In this document: in pieces, positions 10,795 to 19,390 of the stretch
Position numbering within the stretch: the stretch's first letter is position 1
How the letters are laid out: each line of letters begins with the position of its first letter
From: Candidatus Altimarinota bacterium
GTDB taxonomy: Bacteria > Patescibacteriota > Gracilibacteria > CAIRYL01 > GCA-016699755
Direction: 5' to 3'
Assembly: GCA_041738935.1 (NCBI GenBank)
Contig: JBGSOV010000002.1
Coordinates: 92,469-156,468 of the forward strand
DNA: 64,000 bases
Program-made: the position numbers and the translations under genes
The notes under the pieces: model-generated
The model's input: only the letters and a program-made list of their open reading frames with translations
Database searches by the model: none
Told to the model about the DNA's origin: nothing

Positions 10795-11610
10795 TTATGT
10801 ATTTTTGGTTTGATCGAGCTGTTGCACAGTTTCGGCACCGGCTGTTTTTTGCGAAAAACCAAGAATCATAAACGCAATCACTGATCCCAAAATAATTAGC
10901 AGAAGATTAAAAATAAACAGGAGCGAAAAGAGGTCAAATTCGGCCACTTCGCCCATGCCCAGCAATATTCCAAAAAAACTCACAAAAGGAATCAGCGAAA
11001 CTGCAATCGCGACGCCAACAAGATTCAGTTGATTTGTCGGGCGCAGCCACGCGTATACTCCCGAAAATCCCGAGATAAATGCCGCAAGTGACAGATAGAG
11101 ATTGTGACTGCGGAATTTTTCCAAAAATACACTTATATCAATTGTTTGTCCGGTAAGCATAAAAATCTTAACAGCAATTGCCGAAAGGATGATGACGAAG
11201 AGCATCGCTCCAACAAGACTCTTGATCGAGTAGAGTACGAGGCGCACATTCATCAGCGAAATACCGGCAGCTATCGCCAAGACTGGATTGATCAGCGGTG
11301 CGAGAACCATCGCGCCAATCAAGATGGCGGTGTCGTTCAGTAAAATTCCCAAAGTGGCGAGCAACCCAGACAGCCCGCACATCACAAAAAAATTCAATTT
11401 GAGGCGCGAACTGGTGATAAGCTGCTCGACCGCTTCGCGTGCGCGCTTGTTCTTTTCGTAATAATCGGGATTAAACATCCTGCCGATTCGCATCGATCCG
11501 GTTGTCTTGCCCAGCCCGAAAAATGTTTTTTTATGTTTGAACATCCGCCTATTGTAACGGATTTCTTTGTAAATCTCAATGGTGGATTCACACAAATGAA
11601 CATAATTCAT
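10795..11610 (-). CDS. DUF389-family integral membrane protein
   Basis: LLNDTAILIGAMVLAPLINPVLAIAAG is typical of DUF389/TIGR00271 proteins. Multiple TM helices. Start could be an internal ATG (11544). Confidence 0.6.
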   Translation of the reverse strand: MNYVHLCESTIEIYKEIRYNRRMFKHKKTFFGLGKTTGSMRIGRMFNPDYYEKNKRAREAVEQLITSSRLKLNFFVMCGLSGLLATLGILLNDTAILIGAMVLAPLINPVLAIAAGISLMNVRLVLYSIKSLVGAMLFVIILSAIAVKIFMLTGQTIDISVFLEKFRSHNLYLSLAAFISGFSGVYAWLRPTNQLNLVGVAIAVSLIPFVSFFGILLGMGEVAEFDLFSLLFIFNLLLIILGSVIAFMILGFSQKTAGAETVQQLDQTKNT

Positions 11611-11611
11611 T

Positions 11612-11650
11612 CAGCCCCACCCAACCTCCCCCGACATCGGGGAGGAGCTT
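11612..11650 (-). repeat. G/C-rich hairpin motif copy 1 (CTCCTCCCCG ATGT CGGGGGAGG TTGGGTGGGG on minus strand), immediately after tyrS stop
   Basis: 8-bp stem with one bulged C and a 4-nt loop. Sequence-similar to motifs at 48886..48985. Confidence 0.6.
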
Positions 11651-12826
11651 TTATTCCGCAACAAATTTCACAAACTTGCGCTTGCCGACTTGCAAGACTT
11701 TTGGATCGTCATTGATTAAAATCGGCTCATCGAGTTGATTATATTTAATGTCGTCGATTTTCACCGCACCTTCGCCGATCTTGCGGCGGGCTTCGCTATT
11801 GCTGACGCAGAGTTCCGATTTTATCACGAGATCAAGCAACGGATATTCGCCTTGCGCCAGTTTCATCTCCGCAATATCGCTCGGGAGTCCGCCTTGGGCG
11901 AACACATTTAAAAACTCTTCGCGAGCCTTATGCGCCGCTTTTTCATCATGCAGCATCGTCGTAATTTCTTCGGCAAGTTGCAGCTTGGCATCACGTGGAT
12001 GTCCAGCAAGGAGTTGATCAATATCGTGACGACTGAGGTCCGTCAAAAGCTCAAAATACTTACTCATCAAATGATCGGGAATCGACATTGTTTTGCCAAA
12101 GATTTGCTTGGACGATTCCATTACGCCAATGTAGTTGTCGAGCGATTTACTCATTTTTTCCACGCCGCTCGTGCCTTCCAAAATCGACATCGTCATGATA
12201 TTTTGCGGTGTCATTCCGTAAGCTTCTTGGATTTTGCGCCCCGCCATTAGATTAAACAGCTGATCGGTGCCACCAAGTTCGACATCGGCTTTGATTGCAA
12301 CCGAATCGTAGCCCTGCATCAGCGGATAGAAAAACTCGACCATATTGATATCACGATTATTCTTCAGCCGCTCTTGGAACATATCGCGCTGAATCATCTG
12401 CGACACCGTAAAGCTCCCTGCGAGCTTCAAAATATCTTCAAAATTCATCTTTGCGAGCCAATCACCGTTTTTCACCACTTCCGTTTTCGATATATCGAGC
12501 ACTTTGCCCGCTTGCTCCAAATACGACTGCATATTCTTATTTATTTCCGCATCAGTCAGGGGTTGGCGCATTTTGTCTTTGCCGGTTGGATCACCGATTT
12601 TTCCCGTAAACGTTCCAAAAAGAAGTACGACTTGATGTCCCAACTTTTGAAATTCTGCCAATTTTCTGAGCGCCACAAGATGTCCGAGATGGAGGTCAGA
12701 ACCAGTTGGATCGATACCTAATTTGATTCGTAGTTTCTTTCCAAATCGCAATTTTTTCTCCAAATCAGCTTTAATATTTATTTCCACAACTCCTCGAATT
12801 AGTAATTGCTCGATTTTATCGTTCAT
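11651..12826 (-). CDS. tyrS: tyrosine--tRNA ligase with C-terminal S4-like domain
   Basis: HIGH-type motif DLHLGHLV, ELGGTDQLFN and KMSKS are present. C-terminal RRKIGEGAVKIDD is an S4 fold. ATG 12826 (MNDKIEQLL). Confidence 0.9.
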   Translation of the reverse strand: MNDKIEQLLIRGVVEINIKADLEKKLRFGKKLRIKLGIDPTGSDLHLGHLVALRKLAEFQKLGHQVVLLFGTFTGKIGDPTGKDKMRQPLTDAEINKNMQSYLEQAGKVLDISKTEVVKNGDWLAKMNFEDILKLAGSFTVSQMIQRDMFQERLKNNRDINMVEFFYPLMQGYDSVAIKADVELGGTDQLFNLMAGRKIQEAYGMTPQNIMTMSILEGTSGVEKMSKSLDNYIGVMESSKQIFGKTMSIPDHLMSKYFELLTDLSRHDIDQLLAGHPRDAKLQLAEEITTMLHDEKAAHKAREEFLNVFAQGGLPSDIAEMKLAQGEYPLLDLVIKSELCVSNSEARRKIGEGAVKIDDIKYNQLDEPILINDDPKVLQVGKRKFVKFVAE

Positions 12827-12865
12827 TTCTGTAAAAATTCTTGTGTTTATTGTAGCCAAATTCTG

Positions 12866-13786
12866 GTGGAGAAAGCAAAACAAGTCGTAGTAAGTGAATC
12901 AAAACAGCGGCTTGATGATTTTGTTGCCGCACATTTTTCGATCACGCGTTCGCAATCTAAAAAGTTAATCGAACAAAAAATGGTTTTGCTCAATGACGAG
13001 GTTGTCAGCAAAGCCGGCTCACTCGTAAAAAATGGCGACTGCGTCGTCGTCACGCTCCCTGACAAAATACAACCTTCTCTCGCCTCGGACCTGCCGTTGT
13101 CGATAGTTTTTGAAAATGCCAATCTGCTCATCGTCGACAAACCTGCCGGAATTGTGACGCATCCCGATGCCCATTACCAATCCGACTCACTCGTACAGCG
13201 CGTACTTGCACATACAGCGCTTTCATCCATTGGCTTGCCCGAGCGCCCAGGTGTGGTGCATCGACTCGACAAAGATACTTCGGGGCTTGTAATCTTCGCC
13301 AAAAATGATGCCGCACATCTCGCGCTCACCAAAATCTTCGCTGATCGAAAAATCGCCAAATATTATGTGGCACTTGTGCATGGCGGGAGCAAACTTCCCG
13401 ACAGTGGCACCATCAATTCACCGATTGATCGCAATCCGCGTGACCGCAAAAAAATGGATGTCTCCGCTTCGGACAAAGCCAGGCACGCCCTTTCTCACTT
13501 CACCGTTCTGCAAAGGTTTCCGCAGGCGACTCTCGTCGAAGTCAAAATCGAAACCGGTCGCACGCATCAGATTCGTGTGCATTTTTCTGCCATCAATCAT
13601 CCAGTTGTTGGCGATGTTACTTATGGAAATTCCAAACTCGACCGCCAGTTGGAAAAAATCTTAGAACACAAAATTCCCCGCATGATTCTTCATGCTCAAA
13701 GATTGCAATTCGTTTTGCCCGGCGAACAAGAAGCAAGAGAGTTTGTGGCGGAGGCTCCACCAGATATTGCTTCGTTTTTAGCGTAA
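12866..13786 (+). CDS. rluD: RluA-family 23S rRNA pseudouridine synthase with N-terminal S4 domain (RluD-like)
   Basis: S4 domain RLDDFVAAHFSITRSQSKKLIEQKMVLLN. Catalytic HRLDKDTSGLVIFAKN. ETGRTHQIRVHF. Start is uncertain: GTG 12866 is proposed because the 12806 start would overlap tyrS. Confidence 0.85.
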   Translation: MEKAKQVVVSESKQRLDDFVAAHFSITRSQSKKLIEQKMVLLNDEVVSKAGSLVKNGDCVVVTLPDKIQPSLASDLPLSIVFENANLLIVDKPAGIVTHPDAHYQSDSLVQRVLAHTALSSIGLPERPGVVHRLDKDTSGLVIFAKNDAAHLALTKIFADRKIAKYYVALVHGGSKLPDSGTINSPIDRNPRDRKKMDVSASDKARHALSHFTVLQRFPQATLVEVKIETGRTHQIRVHFSAINHPVVGDVTYGNSKLDRQLEKILEHKIPRMILHAQRLQFVLPGEQEAREFVAEAPPDIASFLA

Positions 13787-13913
13787 ACAATCGCGCTACC
13801 GCACGCCTTATTCTTGATTAAATTACAAGTTTCTGCTTGCGAACGAACCTATTTTTTTGTAGTTTGTCTCTTGATTGATAATTTTTCAATCACACCTTCT
13901 TTTTTTTATCAGC

Positions 13914-14537
13914 ATGATAAACTCTTCTCAATCTTTGGTACGATACGCCGCGACAATCGCAATCATTGCATCTGTACTCGTTCTTTTTTCTGGCTGCAAT
14001 AGTAATATTGAAGATAACCAAAAAACTAGTCCTACTCCAATGGCGAGTGCGACAGATGTGACTGAAGATGGCGAAACAAATATCGAGTCGGATACAACGG
14101 TAAGAGCAACTTTTGAATCAGAACTGCAAGAACAATACAGTAATATTCAAAGCGGAATCGCAATCGCTCAAAACCAACTTGATGAAATCGGTGCGAGTGT
14201 AAGTACTGAATCGCAGCAAGCAATGGCAACTCTCAAGGCTCAGCAAGAAGATTTTGAGGCAGATTATGAAGACTTCAAAAGTGCTTCTGCTGACAAATGG
14301 GAAGCTGCACGCGCCCAAGTCTCCGCCAGTTTTAACGCGCTTGTCGAGAGTACCCAGTTGACAATGCAAACCATTCAAAATAATTATGATGCAGTGCAAA
14401 GTGGCAACACTGTCGATGCTTCACCAGAAGCAGCTACTGAAGCAGAAGCAACTGCCGAAGTCGAATTAAGTACTGAAGCAGAAGTAGATGGTAACCCTGA
14501 CACAGAGCCAACAACTTCGCCAGTCGTAGCGGAATAA
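13914..14537 (+). CDS. acidic lipoprotein, low complexity
   Basis: Lipobox VLVLFSGC after a hydrophobic N-terminus. The rest is E/A/T/Q-rich with no recognisable domain. Confidence 0.55.
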   Translation: MINSSQSLVRYAATIAIIASVLVLFSGCNSNIEDNQKTSPTPMASATDVTEDGETNIESDTTVRATFESELQEQYSNIQSGIAIAQNQLDEIGASVSTESQQAMATLKAQQEDFEADYEDFKSASADKWEAARAQVSASFNALVESTQLTMQTIQNNYDAVQSGNTVDASPEAATEAEATAEVELSTEAEVDGNPDTEPTTSPVVAE

Positions 14538-14552
14538 AGTTTGATTTTTTCT

Positions 14553-14589
14553 AAAAAAAGCTCCGAGGAATTTTCTTGGGGCTTTTTTT
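14553..14589. terminator. bidirectional terminator between lipoprotein gene and ispG
   Basis: AAAAAAAGCTCC / GGGGCTTTTTTT stem (one G-U) with a 13-nt loop. A/T runs lie on both sides. Confidence 0.55.
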
Positions 14590-14593
14590 GTAT

Positions 14594-15796
14594 TCAGACT
14601 TTTGTTTGCAAGTAGTTTTCTACAATTTCCAGAAAGCGTTTCTTGATTCCCTCTCCGCTGAGTTCGGTAACTTTTTCACCATTCGTGTAGACAATCGCCA
14701 ATTTGCCTTCGCCTTTGCCGGGAAAAAAAATCCCGATATCTGCCGCGCGTGCTTCGCCGGGACCATTGACTACGCAACCCATCACCGCGATGCGGAGTTT
14801 TTCGGAATCACGATATTTCTGCTTCCAATCCTTTCTTCGTTTCTCGATTTCTGCCTTGATTGTTTCCGCAAAAAGTTGGAATTCGTTCCCTGTCGTTCTA
14901 CCACAACCCGGGCAGCTTGTGATTTTTGGCGCAAAATTTCTTAGCTCTAATGCTTGTAAAATCTCTTGCGCGACCAAGACTTCTTTGGTGCGCCCTTCGT
15001 CGCGCTCGGGTGTAATTGAAACGCGAATCGTGTCGCCGATACCATTTTGCAAAAGAACACTCAGTGCTGCTGCGCTGCTGACGATTCCGCTTGCGCCACC
15101 ACCGGCTTCGGTGAGCCCCAAGTGGATTGCCAAATCGGTTTTGTCCGCCAGCGCTTCGTGAATCCGAATCAGTCCTTGTACATCCGAGGTTTTTGCCGAG
15201 AGAATAATTTTGTTTTTCGGAATACCAAATTGCAGCGCAAATTCGGAGGAGATAATCGCGGATTGCACCATGGTTTTCTGGAACACTTCGCCATCCGAAA
15301 GGGGAAACCCCTGCGCGCGATTCGTCTCCATATTTGTATCCAGCAGTTCTGGATCGAGCGAACCACCGTTGACGCCAATGCGAATCGGTTTGTCGTACTG
15401 TTTTGCAATCGCAAGAATCGCTTCAAAATTATTGTCGTGCCCTTCGCCGCGCCCGACATTACCCGGATTGATGCGATATTTGTCGAGTAACTGGGCAGTC
15501 TGGGGAAATTTTTCCAATAAAATATGTCCGTTAAAATGAAAGTCACCGACAATCGGTACAGCAGTTTTTTTGCGCACAATTTCCATAATTTGCGGAACTG
15601 CCGCCGCCGATTCTGGTCGGTCAACGGTAATTCGCACGAGTTCGCTGCCGGCTTCCGTCAGCTCGATGATCTGCTTGGTTGTTGTCTCGATATCCGCCGT
15701 GTCGGTGCTTGTCATCGATTGCACGACAATTGGATTATCGCCACCGATGGCGATATTGCCGACTTGTACCGCTATGGATTTTCTGCGAGGAGTCAT
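14594..15796 (-). CDS. ispG: 4-hydroxy-3-methylbut-2-en-1-yl diphosphate synthase (IspG/GcpE)
   Basis: VQVGNIAIGGDNPIVVQSMT, LVRITV, RINPGN, and the C-terminal 4Fe-4S ligand region SCPGCGRT...GCVVNGPGE. ATG 15796 (MTPRRKS). Confidence 0.93.
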   Translation of the reverse strand: MTPRRKSIAVQVGNIAIGGDNPIVVQSMTSTDTADIETTTKQIIELTEAGSELVRITVDRPESAAAVPQIMEIVRKKTAVPIVGDFHFNGHILLEKFPQTAQLLDKYRINPGNVGRGEGHDNNFEAILAIAKQYDKPIRIGVNGGSLDPELLDTNMETNRAQGFPLSDGEVFQKTMVQSAIISSEFALQFGIPKNKIILSAKTSDVQGLIRIHEALADKTDLAIHLGLTEAGGGASGIVSSAAALSVLLQNGIGDTIRVSITPERDEGRTKEVLVAQEILQALELRNFAPKITSCPGCGRTTGNEFQLFAETIKAEIEKRRKDWKQKYRDSEKLRIAVMGCVVNGPGEARAADIGIFFPGKGEGKLAIVYTNGEKVTELSGEGIKKRFLEIVENYLQTKV

Positions 15797-16108
15797 ATTT
15801 TGATTGTAGCGGATTTTGATTATCGAGACAGTGCAAAAATACTGTTGACTTCTTTTTATCGAAACAGTTACAAATGACTCTTCCTGTATTTTTACAAAAA
15901 TGAATAGAGAAGGTTCGCCAAATCGAAAGTTTAATTCTGACTTTAACCGCGGCAAAGGTTTGCGTAACCCCGCCCCTGGACACGATGAAATATTGTTTAA
16001 AAAGTTTCAGGATTTTGCAGGGGCTTTCCACCGAAAGCTTACCAAATGGCATAGCAATGTTTTTGGCAAAAGATAAATTTGAGCCATTATTTCTATCAGA
16101 TAAAAACT

Positions 16109-17221
16109 ATGGATTCTACAAATCCTATTGATCAGCTCAAAAGTACTATCGAAGGGTACGATTTATTTTATGCTGGACTTCCGGGTTTTCCACGCAATTT
16201 TACGCGTGACAGTATTTTGTCTGCGCTGCTTTTAGAAGATAAGGCGATGCTTCGCGAACAATTGCGTTTTTGTGGTAAGATGCAGGGCAGTAAAAATGAT
16301 CCGCAAACTGGCGAAGAAGTCGGCAAGATTTTTCACGAATACCCAGGTTTTGTGATGGAAAATGGGTTATCGACGCTCTACAATGCATGCGATACAACGG
16401 CACTGTATCTGATTGGTCATCAAAAATATCGCGAACTGAGCCAAGATGATACATTGCTTCAAAGCGATTATGCTCACATCAAAGAGGCAGCCAGCTATAT
16501 TTTGCGTCATCTTCGTGATGGGATTTTTTATGAAGATCCAGCGCATTGCGGCGCGAAAGAATTTGGACTCAAAGTCTCGTATTGGAAGGATTCTACCTTA
16601 CTCGAACGCAAAGAAGGCAAGCCAATATATCCAGTCGCCTATCCGCTGGCGCATATCCAAAATCTGGCAGGATTGCGGAGCGCCGCCAAATTACTTGCTG
16701 CGGATGATGTTTTGCAAAACGAGATCCAAAAACAAATTGCAGCCATGCAACAGGCACTTGCGGAAAAACTTTTTGACGATGCAACGGGAATGTTCTATTT
16801 GGCGATTGATGAATATGGAACCATTTCGGGAGTTTCAACCGATGGACTCCACGCTCTCTATTACCTCGAGCAGGGCGATATTTCTCCCGAACAAATCCAC
16901 CAAATCGTCCACGCATCTGAAAATCTCGAAACTCCATGGGGGTATCGAGTTTTAGACTCAGAAGCAGCAGCACGAAATCAGACGAATGATGATTATCACG
17001 CCAATACACTCTGGTGTTGGGAGCAGGCAATTATTCATGCTGGCGCTAAATTTTTTGAACTTCAGCACCCGCAAGAAATTACTCTCCGAATAGTGCAGGC
17101 TCTCGGCAATACAAATGCAGAAATTTTGCAATTGCAAGGCGAAAGTTTTGCATATGCCGGTTGTGATCCACAGCTTTGGACAATCGCTGCGAAGGACTAT
17201 TTTGCTCGTCAAGTAGCTTAA
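16109..17221 (+). CDS. glycogen-debranching-enzyme-like (amylo-alpha-1,6-glucosidase / six-hairpin glycosidase family) protein
   Basis: Motifs appear in the order expected for GDE_C-type proteins: AGLPGFPRNFTRDS, VGKIFHE, ACDTTALYL, SYWKDS, YHANTLWCWEQ. Confidence 0.6.
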   Translation: MDSTNPIDQLKSTIEGYDLFYAGLPGFPRNFTRDSILSALLLEDKAMLREQLRFCGKMQGSKNDPQTGEEVGKIFHEYPGFVMENGLSTLYNACDTTALYLIGHQKYRELSQDDTLLQSDYAHIKEAASYILRHLRDGIFYEDPAHCGAKEFGLKVSYWKDSTLLERKEGKPIYPVAYPLAHIQNLAGLRSAAKLLAADDVLQNEIQKQIAAMQQALAEKLFDDATGMFYLAIDEYGTISGVSTDGLHALYYLEQGDISPEQIHQIVHASENLETPWGYRVLDSEAAARNQTNDDYHANTLWCWEQAIIHAGAKFFELQHPQEITLRIVQALGNTNAEILQLQGESFAYAGCDPQLWTIAAKDYFARQVA

Positions 17222-17257
17222 TACATTCTCAGTCCATCGTACTTTTTTGCTCAGCGC

Positions 17258-17285
17258 TTGACAAAATTTTTAGGATATAGAAAAT
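17258..17285 (+). promoter_or_regulatory. candidate sigma70-type promoter for the Met-leader transcript
   Basis: TTGACA (17258-17263), 16-nt spacer, GAAAAT (17280-17285). The leader ATG is 9 nt further on. The -10 element is weak. Confidence 0.35.
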
Positions 17286-17294
17286 AACAGCACG

Positions 17295-17378
17295 ATGACA
17301 ATTGAAAATCCCTCCTTCGGCACAATGACAATGCGCATGATGATGCCGCGGCAGTCGGGAGGTGTTTTGGTACGCTGA
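17295..17378 (+). CDS. 27-codon Met-rich leader peptide MTIENPSFGTMTMRMMMPRQSGGVLVR
   Basis: ATG...TGA ORF with Met codons at 17325, 17331, 17337, 17340 and 17343. It is positioned relative to alternative hairpins exactly as in classical attenuators. Confidence 0.6.
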   Translation: MTIENPSFGTMTMRMMMPRQSGGVLVR

Positions 17379-17414
17379 GAATCTCAAACTGACTCAAAGC
17401 CACACACCTCCCGG
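17355..17414 (+). promoter_or_regulatory. antiterminator pairing (segment 2 : segment 3)
   Basis: TCGGGAGGTGT (17355-17365) is complementary to ACACCTCCCGG (17404-17414): 11 bp including one G-U. It shares its 3' arm with the terminator. Confidence 0.6.
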
Positions 17415-17431
17415 ACAAAGGAGGTGTTTTT
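17404..17431 (+). terminator. attenuator intrinsic terminator (segment 3 : segment 4)
   Basis: ACACCTCC (17404-17411) / GGAGGTGT (17420-17427) with an 8-nt loop, followed by TTTTTGATTTATTTT. Confidence 0.7.
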
Positions 17432-17456
17432 GATTTATTTTCTATTTCTTCTATTC

Positions 17457-18395
17457 ATGATAATTTCAGTTCCTCAAAATCTACGACATATTACCGATGT
17501 CGGTGCGTCTTCTGGAAATGGTATAGATTCGACTTTGCGAATCATAGACCAGTATCAAAGGGCAGGAATTAGTTTTCCTGAAATCATATCTGCCGGACAA
17601 TCTCCGTTTCATGTGGCTTTTGCTGCAATTACTACCGTGTCTCCAAAGGCAAGGGATAGCGCAGATAGGGTACGTCAATTACTAGCTCAAAACGATTATT
17701 CGACTGTCCCAGTAGCGTTGAATAGTGCACCAAGAAATGAAGGACAACAGCTTGCTGATAGCCAAGAATCGCACATTTTTCGATTGCGTTCCGGCAACAA
17801 AGTAGAGCTTATATATGGACCACAAGTCGTGGCGTGGATACAATTGTTTCGAGGAAAGATTGATGCGTTGGAAGTGATTGAATCCGTCGGTATTGATTCG
17901 GTTAATGATTTAATCGAAAATACATCCAATGGTTCACAATTTCGTTCGGCTGAACATCTTCCACTTGTTCATGCTTTGCAAGCGGCAGGAAGGCTTGATG
18001 AACGCGCATCAACAAGAGAAGTCGATCCTTCTGAGATCCAAGAAGCCTTCGCAGACCAATTTAATAGAGTAGTAATTGTTCCTCCCGATGAATACGACAA
18101 CGGAAGAGTCGTGGCAAATCGGGGTACTATCCAACGAATTTTGGACTCTCAAACGGTTTGGATTCCCGGAATTACAGACCATGAGTTGGATGTAAGGGAT
18201 TCATTAACAAAGGTTCATTCGGGGAGGCTAAGTATTTGGCCAAGCTCAAACCACTTCCCTAATGAAGATTTGGGTGTCCTAAATGTTGGTACACGCTGGC
18301 GCCCAGGAACTACAAGCACTACCGATCAGGTTGTAATTGCCCTCTCGAAAAAACTTAAATCCACTGTTGGTGATCAACATAAGGTACAATTCTAA
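17457..18395 (+). CDS. hypothetical protein, first gene of Met-attenuated operon; weak positional resemblance to SAM hydroxide adenosyltransferase (DUF62) family
   Basis: ATG 17457 is the first ATG after the terminator; the GTG at 17424 lies inside the hairpin. Ordered weak matches to DUF62 landmarks: ITDVG, ELIYGPQ, NGSQFRSAEHLPLVHALQAAG, DEYDNGRVVAN, LSIWPSS. The family assignment is tentative. Confidence 0.5.
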   Translation: MIISVPQNLRHITDVGASSGNGIDSTLRIIDQYQRAGISFPEIISAGQSPFHVAFAAITTVSPKARDSADRVRQLLAQNDYSTVPVALNSAPRNEGQQLADSQESHIFRLRSGNKVELIYGPQVVAWIQLFRGKIDALEVIESVGIDSVNDLIENTSNGSQFRSAEHLPLVHALQAAGRLDERASTREVDPSEIQEAFADQFNRVVIVPPDEYDNGRVVANRGTIQRILDSQTVWIPGITDHELDVRDSLTKVHSGRLSIWPSSNHFPNEDLGVLNVGTRWRPGTTSTTDQVVIALSKKLKSTVGDQHKVQF

Positions 18396-18422
18396 CTGCT
18401 GGTAATTCCTTTTTCTAATCCG

Positions 18423-19331
18423 ATGCCCATCAAAATCCCCAAATCTCTGCCGGCGTTCAAAATTCTCCAAGAAAAAAAAGTCTATGTAATGGACAGTGAT
18501 CGTGCCGAGCGTCAAGATATTCGTCCGCTCAAAATCGGTATTGTCAACCTCATGCCAACCAAAGAGGCGACCGAAGCGCAGTTGATGCGCATGATTGGCA
18601 ATAGTTCGCTTCAAATCGAACCGGTGCTGATCCGTATGGCGAGTTACAATCCTAAAAATACCAGCCAAACCCATTTGGATGCTTTTTATACGACTTTTGA
18701 TGAGGTCAAAAAAACCGGACTCGATGGTCTTATTGTCACTGGCGCGCCGATTGAGATGATGCCTTTTGAGCAAGTCGAATACTGGGACGAGCTTTGCGAG
18801 ATTATGCGATGGAGTAAAGAATATGTCAGCTCAAATCTCTTTCTCTGTTGGGGCGGACAAGCGGCGCTCAAATTTTTCTACGACATCGAAAAATATCCGC
18901 TCGCGCAAAAGTGCAATGGCATTTTTCCACACACACACTCCTCTTGCCCCGAGCTACTGCGCGGTATGGACGACATAATTTTTGCGCCACATTCGCGTCA
19001 TACCGAAATTCGCAAATCCGATATACTTGCTCATCCTGATCTGGAGATTCTAATCGAATCCGAGCAAGCCGGACTGCTGATTGTCGCCAACAAAAGTCGC
19101 TCCCTCATCTTCGATTTTGGACACATGGAATATGATCGCAACACGATTGCCCTCGAATACAAGCGCGACAAGGATAAGGGCATGAATCCAGAAATTCCTT
19201 ACAATTATTTCCCGAATGACGACCCAACACAAACGCCCAAATTGATGTGGCGTGCCAATGCCGAGATGTTTTTTCGCAACTGGGTCAATTTCGTTTACCA
19301 AGAAACACCGTACAAACTCCGCCACGAATAA
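18423..19331 (+). CDS. metA: homoserine O-acyltransferase (MetA/HTS family)
   Basis: MPIKIP..L, RPLKIGIVNLMPTK, GLIVTGAP, catalytic-Cys context NLFLCWGGQAAL, FAPHSRHTE. 27 nt after the preceding ORF. Confidence 0.92.
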   Translation: MPIKIPKSLPAFKILQEKKVYVMDSDRAERQDIRPLKIGIVNLMPTKEATEAQLMRMIGNSSLQIEPVLIRMASYNPKNTSQTHLDAFYTTFDEVKKTGLDGLIVTGAPIEMMPFEQVEYWDELCEIMRWSKEYVSSNLFLCWGGQAALKFFYDIEKYPLAQKCNGIFPHTHSSCPELLRGMDDIIFAPHSRHTEIRKSDILAHPDLEILIESEQAGLLIVANKSRSLIFDFGHMEYDRNTIALEYKRDKDKGMNPEIPYNYFPNDDPTQTPKLMWRANAEMFFRNWVNFVYQETPYKLRHE

Positions 19332-19390
19332 GAAAACAATTGTCTTTTCTTAATTGTTTTGGAAAAATCTGTTTCGGTGTTTTTACAACT

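Noticed and set aside
12827-12865. T-box leader upstream of tyrS
   Set aside because: Only about 40 nt separate tyrS from the divergent rluD start, so there is no room for a T-box.
17290-17432. Known riboswitch (SAM-I/II/V, SAM-SAH) or Met T-box as explanation of the metA leader
   Set aside because: It is too short for a T-box and has no specifier or T-box sequence. It lacks the four-way junction and kink-turn sequence blocks of SAM-I as I recall them. The in-frame Met run plus stop-codon placement fits peptide-mediated attenuation better. An Rfam scan is still needed.
19247-19390. 48-codon N-terminal extension of the thioredoxin-CcdA fusion ORF
   Set aside because: It overlaps the end of metA. 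ATG 19391 starts a clean signal peptide.
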